A stretch of DNA of 64,000 bases from contig CBDCYI010000004.1 in NCBI GenBank assembly GCA_965224085.1, positions 1,472,001 through 1,536,000 of the forward strand, read 5' to 3'. The notes beneath the pieces are model-generated. The model was not told the DNA's origin and did no database searches. It saw nothing but the letters and a program-made list of their open reading frames with translations. The stretch's first letter is position 1. The number at the start of each line of letters is the position of its first letter. Below are positions 41,017 through 51,959 of this stretch, piece by piece. This stretch comes from Candidatus Marinacidobacterales bacterium (lineage in GTDB: Bacteria; Acidobacteriota; Vicinamibacteria; Marinacidobacterales; SMYC01). The translations under genes were made by a program, and so were the position numbers.

Positions 41017-42700
41017 GTACCCGTCCTGACAGGTGTAAGAGGTTGAGAAAAAAGGGGTAATCGCAAATTTAGGGCTAGCCTTCTGAGGGAGTGTCGTTTA
41101 GTATCGAGTCGACAAAAACGCAGATTCTAAACGACTTAACTCCAAAGGAGACCAGCCCTAAATGCGAAAAACGATCAACCCACAACCAAGCCTATGCGAG
41201 CCCTGGCTGGAGGTGGAGCACGCGCGCGAGCTCGAAGCGATCTCGTCGGTGCTCGATGCCCATCCTAAGCTGAATGAGCTGGTACTGCAAGACCTGAGGT
41301 CGGTCACCCCATCGGCAGGGAGCGATGTTGGTCGTGGGGGAATGAGCGCGGAGCAGGTTCTCCGGGCGTTGTTGGTCAAGCAGCTGAATCAGTTCACCTA
41401 TCGGGAGCTGGCGTTTCACTTGGCAGACTCTCGAAGCTATCGGACGTTTTGCCAGCTCGGCATCATAGAGCCGAGCCCGTCGAAGTCGACCCTAGCAGCA
41501 AACATCAAAGCCGTGAAGTTCGAAACGCTGGAGAAAATCAACCGAGAGTTGGTGAGTGTTGCCGAGAAGACCGCGATCGAAAAAGGAAGAAAAGTACGAG
41601 TGGACTGCACGGTAGTGGAGTCGAATATTCATTCTCCTACGGACTCCGAGCTTCTTTATGACTGCGTCCGAGTTCTCACTCGCCTCATGTGCCGAACTCG
41701 CGAACTGCTGGGTACAGTAGTGGTCTTCGGCAATCGAACGCGTCGAGCGAAGAGACGTCGACTGGGAGTTCTAAACGCGAAGGATAAGGAACAAAGGCGT
41801 CGCGTCTATCGAGATCTACTGAAGGTGTCGGAAGAAACCTATCGCTCCGCTCAACGCGTTGCAGACCAGTTGGACGAGTCCGGCTTGACCGAGCCGGTGA
41901 AGCGAGTGAGTGCGGAGAAGATCGCCGCGGATTTTAAGCACTTTCTCGTCCTCACCGAAAAAGTCATCAACCAAACTCGGCGTAGAGTGATTGATGAAGA
42001 GCGTGTGCCTGCGGAGGAAAAGGTCGTTTCGATCTTCGAAGAACACACCGACATTATTCGCAAAGACCGGCGCGAGACTCTCTACGGTCACAAGGTGTGT
42101 TTGACTGGTGGCTCGTCCTCGATGATTTTGGATTGCGTGATCTTGGATGGGAATCCGTCCGATTCAACTCTCGCGGAAACCATGATCGACCGTCAAGTCG
42201 AACTCTACGAACGGGCCCCGCGCCAGGTTGCCTACGATGGCGCGTTTTCTTCAAAGGCAAACTTGGAAGCCATCAAAGGCAAGGGAGTTGAAGATGTTGC
42301 CTTTACCAAGGCTCACTTCGCGGTGACCGATATGGTCAAGAGTTCCTGGGTCTATCAACGCCTACGGCGATTTCGCTGCGGAATCGAAGGCGTCATTTCG
42401 TTCTTGAAACGAGTCTTTGGTCTCGACCGATGCACATGGCGCTCATTGCCTTCTTTCAAATCCTACGTATGGAGTTCCATCATCACCTGCAACCTGTTGG
42501 TAATGGCAAGGCACCTATTACGATAATAATGATTGCTCTTACTGCGTTTATAGCCATGGATTGCTGACGATTCGCCTCTCGTTTCGTCCAAGATTTTCAT
42601 TCGCTTCCGAGCCTACGAGGTGCCGACTGAAAACGTATAATACCCACATCTTCGATAGGCCTCTCGTACACCACAAGTTATGGTGTTTCTGGACAGGAAC
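41017..42700 (+). mobile_element. ISNCY/IS5-like insertion sequence with 6-bp TSD TAGTTG
   Basis: Imperfect TIRs GTACCCGTCC / GGACAGGAAC; TAGTTG at 41011-16 and 42701-06. Confidence 0.88.
41162..42526 (+). CDS. DDE transposase (ISNCY/IS5-like)
   Basis: 'RVDCTVVESNIH', 'YDGAF', 'RFRCGIEGVISFLKR'. Confidence 0.92.
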   Translation: MRKTINPQPSLCEPWLEVEHARELEAISSVLDAHPKLNELVLQDLRSVTPSAGSDVGRGGMSAEQVLRALLVKQLNQFTYRELAFHLADSRSYRTFCQLGIIEPSPSKSTLAANIKAVKFETLEKINRELVSVAEKTAIEKGRKVRVDCTVVESNIHSPTDSELLYDCVRVLTRLMCRTRELLGTVVVFGNRTRRAKRRRLGVLNAKDKEQRRRVYRDLLKVSEETYRSAQRVADQLDESGLTEPVKRVSAEKIAADFKHFLVLTEKVINQTRRRVIDEERVPAEEKVVSIFEEHTDIIRKDRRETLYGHKVCLTGGSSSMILDCVILDGNPSDSTLAETMIDRQVELYERAPRQVAYDGAFSSKANLEAIKGKGVEDVAFTKAHFAVTDMVKSSWVYQRLRRFRCGIEGVISFLKRVFGLDRCTWRSLPSFKSYVWSSIITCNLLVMARHLLR

Positions 42701-43485
42701 TAGTTGGTCTCCGGTTGAACGAGCTGGATCACGGCGAACGCCGCGCCCTGCGGGTCGGTGACGACCGAGAATCGACCGATATCGGGTATGTTCGAAGGAG
42801 GCACCACGACGCGCCCGCCGGTTCCGGAAGCTTTGTCGACCGCTCCGTCGCAATCTTCGACCGCGAAATAGACGAGCCAGTGCGGCGGGATGTCCCCCAT
42901 CGCGTCGCTCAACGTCAACATACCGCCGGCAAGTCGGCCAGCGTTCTTGAACGTCGTATGCGTCCCCATCGGGCTGTCGGAGTCTTCCGCGGTCCAAGCG
43001 AAAAGCTCCGTGTAGAACTTTTTCGCGGCGCCCGTATCGCGGGTGGCGAGCTCGTTCCAGCAGAACATCCCCGGCTTGTTGTCCATCGACGCCGCGCCTT
43101 CGTGCCCGCCGGTTTGAAACAGTGCGAAAACGGCGCCGGTTGGATCCCGTAACATAGCCATCCGGCCGACGTTTGGGACGTCGAAAGGTCCCATCGAGAG
43201 GGTGCCTCCGAGCTCCTTCGCGCGACGGGCGCTCGCATCCACGTCTTCGACGAGCACGTAGGACAGCCAATGCGGCGAGATCCCCTGCTGCTTTTGGTCT
43301 TCACTCAGGGTATAGAGTCCTGCGATACTCTTGTCTTCCAAAGTGAGCAGCGTGTAGGTGCTCGACGCGCCCAAATCGACGTCGTCGCTGCTAAAGCCTA
43401 GAAGATCCGTGTAGAAAGTTCGTGCGCCGGAAGCGTCACTCGTCCCGAGCTCGACCCAGCAGAAAGTCTTGGGTGGTAAAGGCAT
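42700..43485 (-). CDS. Double-domain VOC/glyoxalase protein
   Basis: 'FCWVEL..HWLSY..DPTGA' duplicated as 'FCWNEL..HWLVY..DPQGA'. Confidence 0.92.
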   Translation of the reverse strand: MPLPPKTFCWVELGTSDASGARTFYTDLLGFSSDDVDLGASSTYTLLTLEDKSIAGLYTLSEDQKQQGISPHWLSYVLVEDVDASARRAKELGGTLSMGPFDVPNVGRMAMLRDPTGAVFALFQTGGHEGAASMDNKPGMFCWNELATRDTGAAKKFYTELFAWTAEDSDSPMGTHTTFKNAGRLAGGMLTLSDAMGDIPPHWLVYFAVEDCDGAVDKASGTGGRVVVPPSNIPDIGRFSVVTDPQGAAFAVIQLVQPETN

Positions 43486-43680
43486 CTGTCCTCCTCGATG
43501 GACCCCCGCCCCGAGGGAGACGAAGTCTATAATGGCGTCGCGCGTGGGTTCAAACCGTCCGATTCCACTTTCATGCTTTCTAGGGAGTGGAGAACGTACT
43601 GGTGACGAGAATGTGCTGTTGCGCAAGATCGACCGAGGCGGTGTTCAAATCATCGTGGTGGTCTGGCCGATCGCGGTCGC

Positions 43681-43806
43681 ATGACCTACATCCTCCTCCT
43701 GATCGCGGTGGTGATTTGGGGCTCGACCTTCGTCGCAACGAAGATCTGCCTGGAGCACATGGGCACGCTCCAGCTCGTAGTGAGCCGTTTCCTCATTGCT
43801 GCTCCC
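43681..43806 (+). pseudogene. EamA/DMT transporter N-terminal fragment
   Basis: MTYILLLIAVVIWGSTFVATK...SRFLIAAP. Confidence 0.75.
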
Positions 43807-44144
43807 AGGTAGGCGGGGTCGGTGGCGCCGGTGAGCGTTTGCACCGTTCCCGCGAGCGCGGCGACATTCTCGAAGCTCTGTTGCTCGCGCTGCAGATCGT
43901 CATATTCGGTGAACGTGAGAGGCGCGCGCACCCGTGAAAGGCCCTCGTTCCTGGACCACACGAAGGCGATCGTCTCCGCAGCTTCGAAGGCGAGCGGTGT
44001 TATGAGCACCTTGCTCACGATGGAGAAAAGTGTCGTCGTCGTGCCCGTCGCGAGGGCGAGGGTGAGAACGACAACGAGCGTAAACCCTTTGCGCTTCAAT
44101 AGCATGCGCGGGCCGCATCTCAAATCGCTAAGAAAAGCATCCAT
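43803..44144 (-). pseudogene. ADOP-type ABC permease N-terminal fragment
   Basis: 'SDLRCGPRMLLKRKGFTLVVVLTLAL', 'QSFENVAA'. Confidence 0.8.
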
Positions 44145-44189
44145 ACACGGAATACGGCCGAACGGTCCAAAATGTTACAGTAGCGACCT

Positions 44190-45032
44190 ATGAAATATCG
44201 CGATGTCGCTCAAATTGTCAGCGCTCAGGAAGCGCTCGAGGGTGCGGGCGTGCGCATTCGCCGCACTATCGGGACTCCGGTGCTCGACTATCTCGATCCG
44301 TTCCTTCTTCTCGACGAGTTCAAGTCCTCAGAGGGCGCCGACTACATCGCCGGCTTTCCCGATCATCCCCACCGCGGGTTTGAGACCGTGACCTATATGC
44401 TCGCGGGTTCGATGCGGCATGAAGACCACAAAGGCAACCGCGGCGAGCTGGGGCCGGGGAGCGTTCAGTGGATGACGGCGGGGCGCGGCATCGTGCATTC
44501 CGAGATGCCGACGCAAGAGCACGGTCTCATGTGGGGTTTTCAGCTTTGGGTGAACCTGCCCGCCGCTCACAAGATGACCGCCCCGCGCTATCAAGACATC
44601 CCTGCCGAGGCGATACCGACGGTTACGACCAAAAACGGCGCCACGTTACGCGTGGTGGCGGGCACCGTGGACGGCACCGATGGTCCCGTCGCAGGCATTG
44701 CCACTTCGCCTCTTTACGTAGACGTCGAGGTTGTGAAGGACTCCGAATGCGTTCTTCCTGTGCCCTGCGAGCACAACGGCTTCGTCTATGTCTTCGAAGG
44801 CGAAGGCGTTGTCGGGGAGAAGCTTCTTGCCTCCGGCCAACTCGGCGTCTTGTCCCGAGGCGAAAGTGAAGCGGTGCGTCTCGTGACCACGGCGCAGTCG
44901 ATGCGCCTTTTATTGCTGGCCGCCAAGCCCCTTGACGAGCCCATGGCCCGCTCCGGTCCGTTCGTCATGAACACGCGCGAAGAGATCCGCGAGGCCTTCG
45001 AAGACTACAAGCGCGGGACTTTTCTCGGCTGA
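44190..45032 (+). CDS. Pirin-family protein
   Basis: 'DPFLLLD', 'HPHRGFETVT', 'GIVHSE'. Confidence 0.95.
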   Translation: MKYRDVAQIVSAQEALEGAGVRIRRTIGTPVLDYLDPFLLLDEFKSSEGADYIAGFPDHPHRGFETVTYMLAGSMRHEDHKGNRGELGPGSVQWMTAGRGIVHSEMPTQEHGLMWGFQLWVNLPAAHKMTAPRYQDIPAEAIPTVTTKNGATLRVVAGTVDGTDGPVAGIATSPLYVDVEVVKDSECVLPVPCEHNGFVYVFEGEGVVGEKLLASGQLGVLSRGESEAVRLVTTAQSMRLLLLAAKPLDEPMARSGPFVMNTREEIREAFEDYKRGTFLG

Positions 45033-45034
45033 GC

Positions 45035-45934
45035 ATGGTGTCCACTCGACCTCAGTGGGAAGCGCTTCCAACCGAAGCCATCCACGCCTTTAGCCGCAAC
45101 TTGGACCGGGCTTCGGAGAGCTCGATCCTCGACGCGATGGCGGAGGAAGACCATCGTGCGGTCGAAGCAGTGCGCGGCGAAGCGACGCGGATTCGGAAGG
45201 GCGCTTCCAAATTGGCATCGGCGCTCTCCGCGGGAGGGCGCGTTTTCTATGTCGGCGCGGGTACGAGTGGTCGCCTCGGTGTGCTCGAAGCCGCGGAGTG
45301 CCCGCCGACATTCGGCACCTCGCTGCGTGAGATCGACGCCGTCATGGCCGGCGGAGACGAGGCGGTCTTCCATGCGAAAGAAAGCGCTGAGGACGAGGTG
45401 TCTGGGGGTCGGAAGGCACTACGCGCGCGTCGGCTGAGCAAGAAAGACGTCGTCGTCGGGATCTCGGCTAGCAGCGTGACGCCGTTCGTCGCGGGGGCTC
45501 TCCTTTATGCGCGAGAGCGCGGCGCGGCGACGGTACTCGTCACCTGCGGGCCGCGAAGACGAGGCGTCGCCGACGTCGTGGTCGCGCCCGCGGTCGGGCC
45601 GGAGCTTCTGGCGGGCTCCACGCGGATGAAGGCGGGAACGGCGACGAAGCTCGTGCTCAATCAGATGACGCTTCTCGCCATGATTCGGCTCAACAAAGTG
45701 TACGGGCCCTACATGGTCGACGTGAAGACCACGTCGGCGAAGCTTCGCGATCGGGCGCTCCGGATGGTGATCGCTCTCGCCGGGGTCGACCAGGAGCGTG
45801 CGGAGGCGCTACTGGCAGAGGCCGGTGATCACGTAAAGACGGCAGTGGTGATGGGCCGCCTCGAGGTGTCGCGCAGCGAGGCGAGGCGTCGTCTCGAAGA
45901 AGCGTCATTCGATCTGCGTCGCGTCTTGAAGTAG
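45035..45934 (+). CDS. murQ: N-acetylmuramic acid 6-phosphate etherase
   Basis: 'GAGTSGRLG..ECPPTFG', 'GSTRMKAGTA', 'MVDV'. Confidence 0.93.
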   Translation: MVSTRPQWEALPTEAIHAFSRNLDRASESSILDAMAEEDHRAVEAVRGEATRIRKGASKLASALSAGGRVFYVGAGTSGRLGVLEAAECPPTFGTSLREIDAVMAGGDEAVFHAKESAEDEVSGGRKALRARRLSKKDVVVGISASSVTPFVAGALLYARERGAATVLVTCGPRRRGVADVVVAPAVGPELLAGSTRMKAGTATKLVLNQMTLLAMIRLNKVYGPYMVDVKTTSAKLRDRALRMVIALAGVDQERAEALLAEAGDHVKTAVVMGRLEVSRSEARRRLEEASFDLRRVLK

Positions 45935-45941
45935 AGAGAGA

Positions 45942-46859
45942 CTAGATCGAGGTGGTGGAGACTTGCTCGATGGCGAGCTGCACCGCCCCACGAGCGGGCT
46001 CCACGTCGAGGCGGTGTACGCTCACCCAAGGCGCGATCTTCTTTGCGAGTTTTTCGAAGTCCTGATGGATCACGGGGACGGCTTTCCACAGGCCGCCCGA
46101 GAGAACGAGACGAAAGTTTTCGCCGGCGAGCCCGAGACGTCCGATGACGGACTCAACCGCTCGCATGAACTCACGCACGGCGTCGTCGATGATCGTCTGC
46201 GCGGCTTCGTCTCCATGATCGGCGGCTTGCTGGACGAGAGGAGCAAGAGCAGCAATCTCCGCGCGCGCAAGCTCTTGATAGACACGGTGAACGAGAGATT
46301 CCGAGTCCGGGATCCGCAGCTGCTCGAGCACGGCCCCTTTGAGTAACGTTGGCTGTGCCCGCCCGTCATCGGCGCGGACGATGCTCTGAAGCGCGCGCAA
46401 GCCCATCCAGTAGCCACTGCCTTCGTCGCCGAGAAGAGGCCCCCAACCTCCGGCCCGTGCAGATTCGCCCTTGCGATTCACGCCGTAAACCGCGGCCCCC
46501 GTGCCCACGATGAGCACGACGCCGAAGCGCTCCTCCGCGCCCGCCACGAGAGCAATGAGCGCATCATGGGTAACGATGTTCTCTCGGGCGCGACCGAGCC
46601 GGCTCAGAATGCGGCGCATCGCGCGGTGGTCTCGCTCGCGACCGGCGCCGGCTATCCCGAGGCAGAGTGCGTCCACCTTGCCGCGATGGCCAGCGAGCAC
46701 CCGCATCGTAAGATTCTCGAGTACGAACTCGATCTCGTCTTCGTCGTAGAGTTGGAAGTTCGCACCGGAGCCCCGTCCTTTAGCTAGGATATTGCCTTTA
46801 CCGTCCGCGAGGAGACACTCGGTCTTCGTCGCCCCGCCATCGATCCCCAACACGCGCAT
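45942..46859 (-). CDS. BadF/BadG-type N-acetylglucosamine/MurNAc kinase
   Basis: 'GIDGGATKT', 'IVGTG', 'GGWG..LGDEGSG'. Confidence 0.9.
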   Translation of the reverse strand: MRVLGIDGGATKTECLLADGKGNILAKGRGSGANFQLYDEDEIEFVLENLTMRVLAGHRGKVDALCLGIAGAGRERDHRAMRRILSRLGRARENIVTHDALIALVAGAEERFGVVLIVGTGAAVYGVNRKGESARAGGWGPLLGDEGSGYWMGLRALQSIVRADDGRAQPTLLKGAVLEQLRIPDSESLVHRVYQELARAEIAALAPLVQQAADHGDEAAQTIIDDAVREFMRAVESVIGRLGLAGENFRLVLSGGLWKAVPVIHQDFEKLAKKIAPWVSVHRLDVEPARGAVQLAIEQVSTTSI

Positions 46860-46923
46860 CGTTTGGGCTCAAGATTAGAGAACAGGGACAAGTCTTGTCA
46901 AACCATGGAGATGCGCGAAAAAC

Positions 46924-46973
46924 TTGACAGGCGGGCCCTTCTTGAGGTAATTTACTTATCGGTCGGTAAGTAA
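46924..46973 (+). promoter_or_regulatory. Sigma70 promoter with overlapping palindromic operator upstream of leuA
   Basis: TTGACA (46924), 18 nt, TAATTT; inverted repeat TTACTTA..TAAGTAA at 46952-46973. Confidence 0.6.
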
Positions 46974-47023
46974 TACTAACGGGCTGATTCTGAACTAGTT
47001 ATCCTCCACAGAGGAGATCGGGC

Positions 47024-48577
47024 ATGGCGGAACCACAACGAGTAACGATTTTCGATACGACGCTGCGAGACGGCGAGCAATCGCCTGGCGCGAGCATGGA
47101 TCTCGACGGCAAGCTCGTGATGGCGCGCGCGCTTTCCGAGCTCGGCGTGGACATTCTCGAGGCGGGTTTTCCGATTGCTTCGAACGGCGACTTCGAAGCT
47201 GTTCGTGAAGTGGCGCGTCGAGTCGAAGGGCCTGTCATCGCGGGTCTAGCACGTTGCCAAAGCCTCGACATCGAGCGTGCCTGGGATGCGCTAAAGGACG
47301 CACCGCGTGCGCGACTTCACGTGTTTCTCGCGACGAGTGCGATCCATCGAGAGTATAAGCTGAAGGTGGCGAAGGAAGAGATCGTGCGCCGCTCTGTCGA
47401 GAGCGTCTCGATGGCGCGCGAGCTTTGCGAAGATGTCGAGTTCTCGCCCGAGGACGCGACTCGCACCGAGCCGGACTTTCTCGCTGAGGTGGTCGAGAAA
47501 GCCATCGAAGCGGGCGCGCGCACGGTCAACATTCCCGATACGGTCGGCTACGCCATGCCGTCGGAGTTTGCGGAGCTCATCGGTTATTTGAAAAAGCACG
47601 TTAGAAACATCGATGAGGCCGTCATCAGCGTGCACTGCCACGACGATCTCGGGCTCGCCGTGGCGAACAGCCTCGCGGCGGTCGGCGCCGGAGCGCGCCA
47701 AATCGAGTGCACCATCAACGGCATCGGAGAGCGTGCGGGCAACGCGTCGCTCGAGGAAGTCGTCATGGCGATGAAGACTCGTGGTGACTACCACGGCATC
47801 GAAACCGGCATCGACACGACCCGCATCTATCCCACGAGCCAGCTTCTTTGCCAGGTGACGGGGCTCGTCGTGCAACGCAACAAAGCCATCGTGGGGCAGA
47901 ATGCGTTCGCGCACGAAGCCGGCATCCATCAGCACGGCGTGATCCAGCATCGTTCGACCTACGAGATCATGAAGCCGGAGGACATCGGTCTTGGCGGGGG
48001 CGCGCTCGTGCTCGGAAAGCATAGCGGCCGTCACGCGCTCAAAAAACGGGTCGAAGAGCTCGGTTATGAGCTCAGCGACGAGCGGCTAGGAACACTTTTC
48101 GTCGAGTTCAAGGCTCTCGCCGACACGAAAAAAGAAGTCTTCGACGAAGATCTCGAGGCCCTCATGAGCGGCGCCGAGGCCAACGTCGTCGATATTTGGG
48201 AGCTCGTCGACATGCATCTGAGCTCGGGCTCGGAGTCGGCCTCCACGGCGACGATTTGCCTGCGTGACCGGGTTGGACGCACAGTGAAAGAAGCCGCGTG
48301 CGGCGACGGCGTCGTCGAAGCCATCTTCCGTGCAATGGGCCGCGCGAGCGGCGCCGAGCTGTCTTTGACGGATTATCAGGTGCGCGGTCTAACGGGCGGT
48401 TTGGACGGACGGGGTGAGGTAAGCGTCGAGATCGAAGAGCTCGGAAACCGTCACCGGGGACGCGCCGCAGGCGGCGACATCATGCGCGCGAGCGCCGATG
48501 CCTTCCTAAAAGTGATCAACCGCGTTTTGGCCGCCCGCGAGGAGCAAAAAGAGCTCGTCGACGTTTTCGGTCAATGA
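47024..48577 (+). CDS. leuA: 2-isopropylmalate synthase
   Basis: '[12 protein letters not shown]', 'HCHDDLG', 'GKHSGR'. Confidence 0.96.
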   Translation: MAEPQRVTIFDTTLRDGEQSPGASMDLDGKLVMARALSELGVDILEAGFPIASNGDFEAVREVARRVEGPVIAGLARCQSLDIERAWDALKDAPRARLHVFLATSAIHREYKLKVAKEEIVRRSVESVSMARELCEDVEFSPEDATRTEPDFLAEVVEKAIEAGARTVNIPDTVGYAMPSEFAELIGYLKKHVRNIDEAVISVHCHDDLGLAVANSLAAVGAGARQIECTINGIGERAGNASLEEVVMAMKTRGDYHGIETGIDTTRIYPTSQLLCQVTGLVVQRNKAIVGQNAFAHEAGIHQHGVIQHRSTYEIMKPEDIGLGGGALVLGKHSGRHALKKRVEELGYELSDERLGTLFVEFKALADTKKEVFDEDLEALMSGAEANVVDIWELVDMHLSSGSESASTATICLRDRVGRTVKEAACGDGVVEAIFRAMGRASGAELSLTDYQVRGLTGGLDGRGEVSVEIEELGNRHRGRAAGGDIMRASADAFLKVINRVLAAREEQKELVDVFGQ

Positions 48578-49977
48578 CAGAGCTTCCTAGCGGAAAGCCG
48601 CTCACACTCTTCGAGAAGCTGTGGGAGCGGCACGTTGTCGCGCCGGAGACCGAGGATCACCCGGCGGTCGTCTATATCGACCTCCACTTGATTCACGAAG
48701 TCACTTCGCCCCAAGCCTTCGATGAGCTCAAGAGGCGGGGGCTCGCGGTGCGTCGGCCCGACCGCACCGTCGCGACGATGGACCATTCGATCCCGACGCT
48801 CTTCGATGGGGACAAACCTCTGTTCGCCGACGAAAAAACGCGCAGCCAAGTCGAGACGCTTCAAAAAAATTGCGGCGAGTTCGGGATAAATCTCTACCCG
48901 ATGGGTGATGCGCGTCAGGGCATCGTGCACGTGATCGGGCCGGAGCTCGGGCTCACCCAGCCCGGGCGAAGCATCGTTTGCGGGGATAGCCATACGAGCA
49001 CGCATGGCGCGTTCGGTGCTTGGGCGTTCGGCATCGGGACGACCGAAGTCGGACATGTTTTTGCCACGCAGTGTTTGTTGCAGCGACAGCCGCAAACTCT
49101 CGAAGTGCGTATCGACGGCGCGCTCGCGCGTGGCGTGACCGCAAAGGATCTCATTCTCGCTGTCATCCGCGAGATCGGCGTCGACGGAGGCCTCGGGCAC
49201 GTTATCGAATATACGGGCTCTTGTATCGCGTCGCTCTCGATGGGCGAGCGGATGACGATTTGCAACATGTCGATCGAGGCGGGGGCGGGCGCCGGACTCA
49301 TGGCGCCGGACGAGACGACGTTCTCCTATCTCGAGGGCCGCGAGTTCTCGCCGAAAGGGAAGGCCTGGCACGAAGCGGTCGCTGATTGGCGCACGCTCCC
49401 GAGTGACTCTGGCGCTCGGTACGACAAGACGGTGGTGATCGATGCCTCGAAAGTCGAGCCTATGGTGACCTACGGCACCAACCCGGGCATGTCGATGGCC
49501 ATCGACGCGTCGATTCCCGACGATGCCGAGGAGCAGCCGCTCGCATATATGAAGATGAAGCGGGGCGATGCACTCGTAGGGAAGCCCGTCGACGTCGTCT
49601 TCATCGGAAGTTGTACGAATGCGCGCCTCGAAGACCTACGTATGGCGGCCGGCGTGATGAAGGGGCGCAAAGTTGCGAAAGGGGTGCGCGTTCTCGTCGT
49701 GCCAGGATCGCAAGAGGTCAAACGTCTCGCGATCGCCGAAGGGCTCGATCGCGTCTTCCGTGACGCCGGTGCCGAGTGGCGCGAGCCCGGCTGCTCGATG
49801 TGCCTGTCGATGAATGGGGACGGTGTCGCGGAAGGCCAGCTCGCCGTCAGCACGAGCAATCGTAACTTCGAAGGCCGGCAGGGCAAAGGCAGCCGAACGA
49901 TTCTCGCGAGCCCGCTGACGGCCGCCGCCGCGGCCGTTTCCGGCACGATCGCGGACGCCCGAAAGCTCATGGACTAG
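48574..49977 (+). CDS. leuC: 3-isopropylmalate dehydratase large subunit
   Basis: 'HEVTSPQAF', '[10 protein letters not shown]', 'GSCTN', 'CSMC'. Confidence 0.96.
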   Translation: MTELPSGKPLTLFEKLWERHVVAPETEDHPAVVYIDLHLIHEVTSPQAFDELKRRGLAVRRPDRTVATMDHSIPTLFDGDKPLFADEKTRSQVETLQKNCGEFGINLYPMGDARQGIVHVIGPELGLTQPGRSIVCGDSHTSTHGAFGAWAFGIGTTEVGHVFATQCLLQRQPQTLEVRIDGALARGVTAKDLILAVIREIGVDGGLGHVIEYTGSCIASLSMGERMTICNMSIEAGAGAGLMAPDETTFSYLEGREFSPKGKAWHEAVADWRTLPSDSGARYDKTVVIDASKVEPMVTYGTNPGMSMAIDASIPDDAEEQPLAYMKMKRGDALVGKPVDVVFIGSCTNARLEDLRMAAGVMKGRKVAKGVRVLVVPGSQEVKRLAIAEGLDRVFRDAGAEWREPGCSMCLSMNGDGVAEGQLAVSTSNRNFEGRQGKGSRTILASPLTAAAAAVSGTIADARKLMD

Positions 49978-49988
49978 GACAATAGGTC

Positions 49989-50558
49989 ATGGAGCCATTC
50001 AAGACACTCGAATCGAACACCGTCGTTCTTCTTGTAGACAACGTTGATACCGACCAGATCATTCCTGCGCGGTTCCTCACGGTGACGACGCGTGGCGGAA
50101 TGGGCAAAAACCTTTTCGCCGACTGGCGTCTCAATCCGGATTTCGTGTTGAACCAGCCCACATCCGCTGGCGCTTTGATCCTCGTGACCGGAGAAAACTT
50201 CGGGTGTGGCTCCTCGCGGGAGCACGCAGCTTGGGCTTTGGTCGATTACGGATTCCGTGCCGTAGTGAGCACGTCCATCGCCGACATCTTCAAGAACAAC
50301 GCCGTTAAAAACGGGCTTCTTCCCGTCGAGGTCGACGCCGACACCCATCGAGAGCTCGTCCAAAGCCCGGGCGCCTCGGTTGTCATCGACCTCGAGAAGA
50401 AAACGCTTTCGCTTCCCGATGGCCATCCTGCCAGCTTTCCGCTCGACGGTTTCGCGCATCAGTGCCTTCTCAAAGGGATAGACCAACTCGATTTCCTGAT
50501 GCAACGAGAGGACGCCATCCAAGCTTTCGAAGATTCTTCCCCCGCTAAGCCGACTTGA
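49989..50558 (+). CDS. leuD: 3-isopropylmalate dehydratase small subunit
   Basis: '[13 protein letters not shown]', '[11 protein letters not shown]'. Confidence 0.96.
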   Translation: MEPFKTLESNTVVLLVDNVDTDQIIPARFLTVTTRGGMGKNLFADWRLNPDFVLNQPTSAGALILVTGENFGCGSSREHAAWALVDYGFRAVVSTSIADIFKNNAVKNGLLPVEVDADTHRELVQSPGASVVIDLEKKTLSLPDGHPASFPLDGFAHQCLLKGIDQLDFLMQREDAIQAFEDSSPAKPT

Positions 50559-50660
50559 CACGGCTTGGCCCGGCCAGCTAAGGTGTGCTCCGCCGAAACG
50601 AAAAAGCGTTCTATCTCTCACGAGGTCGGGGTCGTAGTCCAACTAGCGTAGGGGTTCCGT

Positions 50661-51959
50661 TTGTCCGAGGTGTCGCAGAGCGGGCTACGCTCGCAATCTC
50701 TTAGGGAAAGTCTTCGGAACGACTATGGGCACGTACGTTCAGAAACGGAGGTTCTCGCTTCGTCGATCACGCCCGAGGAGGCGCCGATCCAGTCGATGGA
50801 GGACGTGAGCCCGACCAAATGGCATCTGGGCCACACCAGCTGGTTTTTCGAAACGTTCCTTCTTCGGCGCGACGACGCGTATCGGTCGACGCGCGAGGAG
50901 TTCAAGGTCCTCTTCAATTCCTACTACAACACCGTCGGCAAGCAGCATTCTCGACCCCGGCGCGGGATGCTCGGTCGCCCCGCGCTCGATGAGATTCTCG
51001 ATTACCGTCATGAAACGGATGCGAGCATGGGCTCGTTTCTCGACAACGCAAGCGACGCGACTCTCGAGGAATGCGCAGGCACGGTCCGTACAGGGATCCA
51101 CCACGAGCAGCAGCATCAGGAGCTCATGCTGACCGATATTCTTCACGTGCATTGGAGCAACCCGCTGAGGCCCGCTTATCGCGAGCCGGGTCCGCCGAGC
51201 TGTGCGGTCGCGAAGCCGCTCGAATGGTTCGCTTATGCCGAGGGCGTGCAGCGCATCGGCCACGACGGCGATGGCTTTGCGTTCGACAATGAAAATCCGC
51301 GCCACCGCGTTTTCGTGCACCCCTTCGAGCTCGCGTCCAGACTCGTCACCGCGGGTGAGTTCATGGAGTTCATCGGGGCGGGAGGCTATCAGCGATCCGA
51401 GTTTTGGTTGAGCGATGGCTGGACGCGGGTACAACGCGAGGCGTGGAAAGCGCCCCTTTATTGGGAGTGCGAGCAGGGGACGTGGTGGCGCATGACACTT
51501 CACGGCATGCTGCCTGTTGATCCCAACGCTCCCATCTGTCATGTGAGCTACTACGAAGCGGACGCTTATGCGCGCTTCCGAGGGGAGCGTCTTCCTAGCG
51601 AAGCCGAGTGGGAGATCGCGGCCGCGAGCGTCCCCATCGACGGCAACTGGCAAGAGAGTGAGCATCTCGTGCCGATGGACGCCGCCTCGAGCGCTCACCT
51701 ACCTCACCAGGATGCTCCGCGGCAGCTCTATGGCGACGTGTGGGAGTGGACGCGCAGTGCCTACCTTGCCTATCCGGGCTACCGCACGAGCGAAGGTGCT
51801 CTCGGCGAATATAACGGAAAATTCATGTGCAATCAGATGGTGCTTCGCGGCGGCTCCTGCGCGACCCCCGCGGGTCACATTCGACCGAGCTATCGAAATT
51901 TCTTCTACCCGAAGGACCGCTGGCAGTTCTCGGGCATTCGCCTCGCGAAGGACGTATGA
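50661..51959 (+). CDS. egtB: Ergothioneine biosynthesis sulfoxide synthase
   Basis: 'SPTKWHLGHT', 'FNSYY', 'HEQQHQE', 'GEYNGKFM'. Confidence 0.9.
   Translation: MSEVSQSGLRSQSLRESLRNDYGHVRSETEVLASSITPEEAPIQSMEDVSPTKWHLGHTSWFFETFLLRRDDAYRSTREEFKVLFNSYYNTVGKQHSRPRRGMLGRPALDEILDYRHETDASMGSFLDNASDATLEECAGTVRTGIHHEQQHQELMLTDILHVHWSNPLRPAYREPGPPSCAVAKPLEWFAYAEGVQRIGHDGDGFAFDNENPRHRVFVHPFELASRLVTAGEFMEFIGAGGYQRSEFWLSDGWTRVQREAWKAPLYWECEQGTWWRMTLHGMLPVDPNAPICHVSYYEADAYARFRGERLPSEAEWEIAAASVPIDGNWQESEHLVPMDAASSAHLPHQDAPRQLYGDVWEWTRSAYLAYPGYRTSEGALGEYNGKFMCNQMVLRGGSCATPAGHIRPSYRNFFYPKDRWQFSGIRLAKDV

Noticed and set aside
50661-51959. egtB as selenoneine synthase SenA, given the nearby selenoprotein
   Set aside because: Typical EgtB HEQQHQE motif and no senB/senC neighbours.
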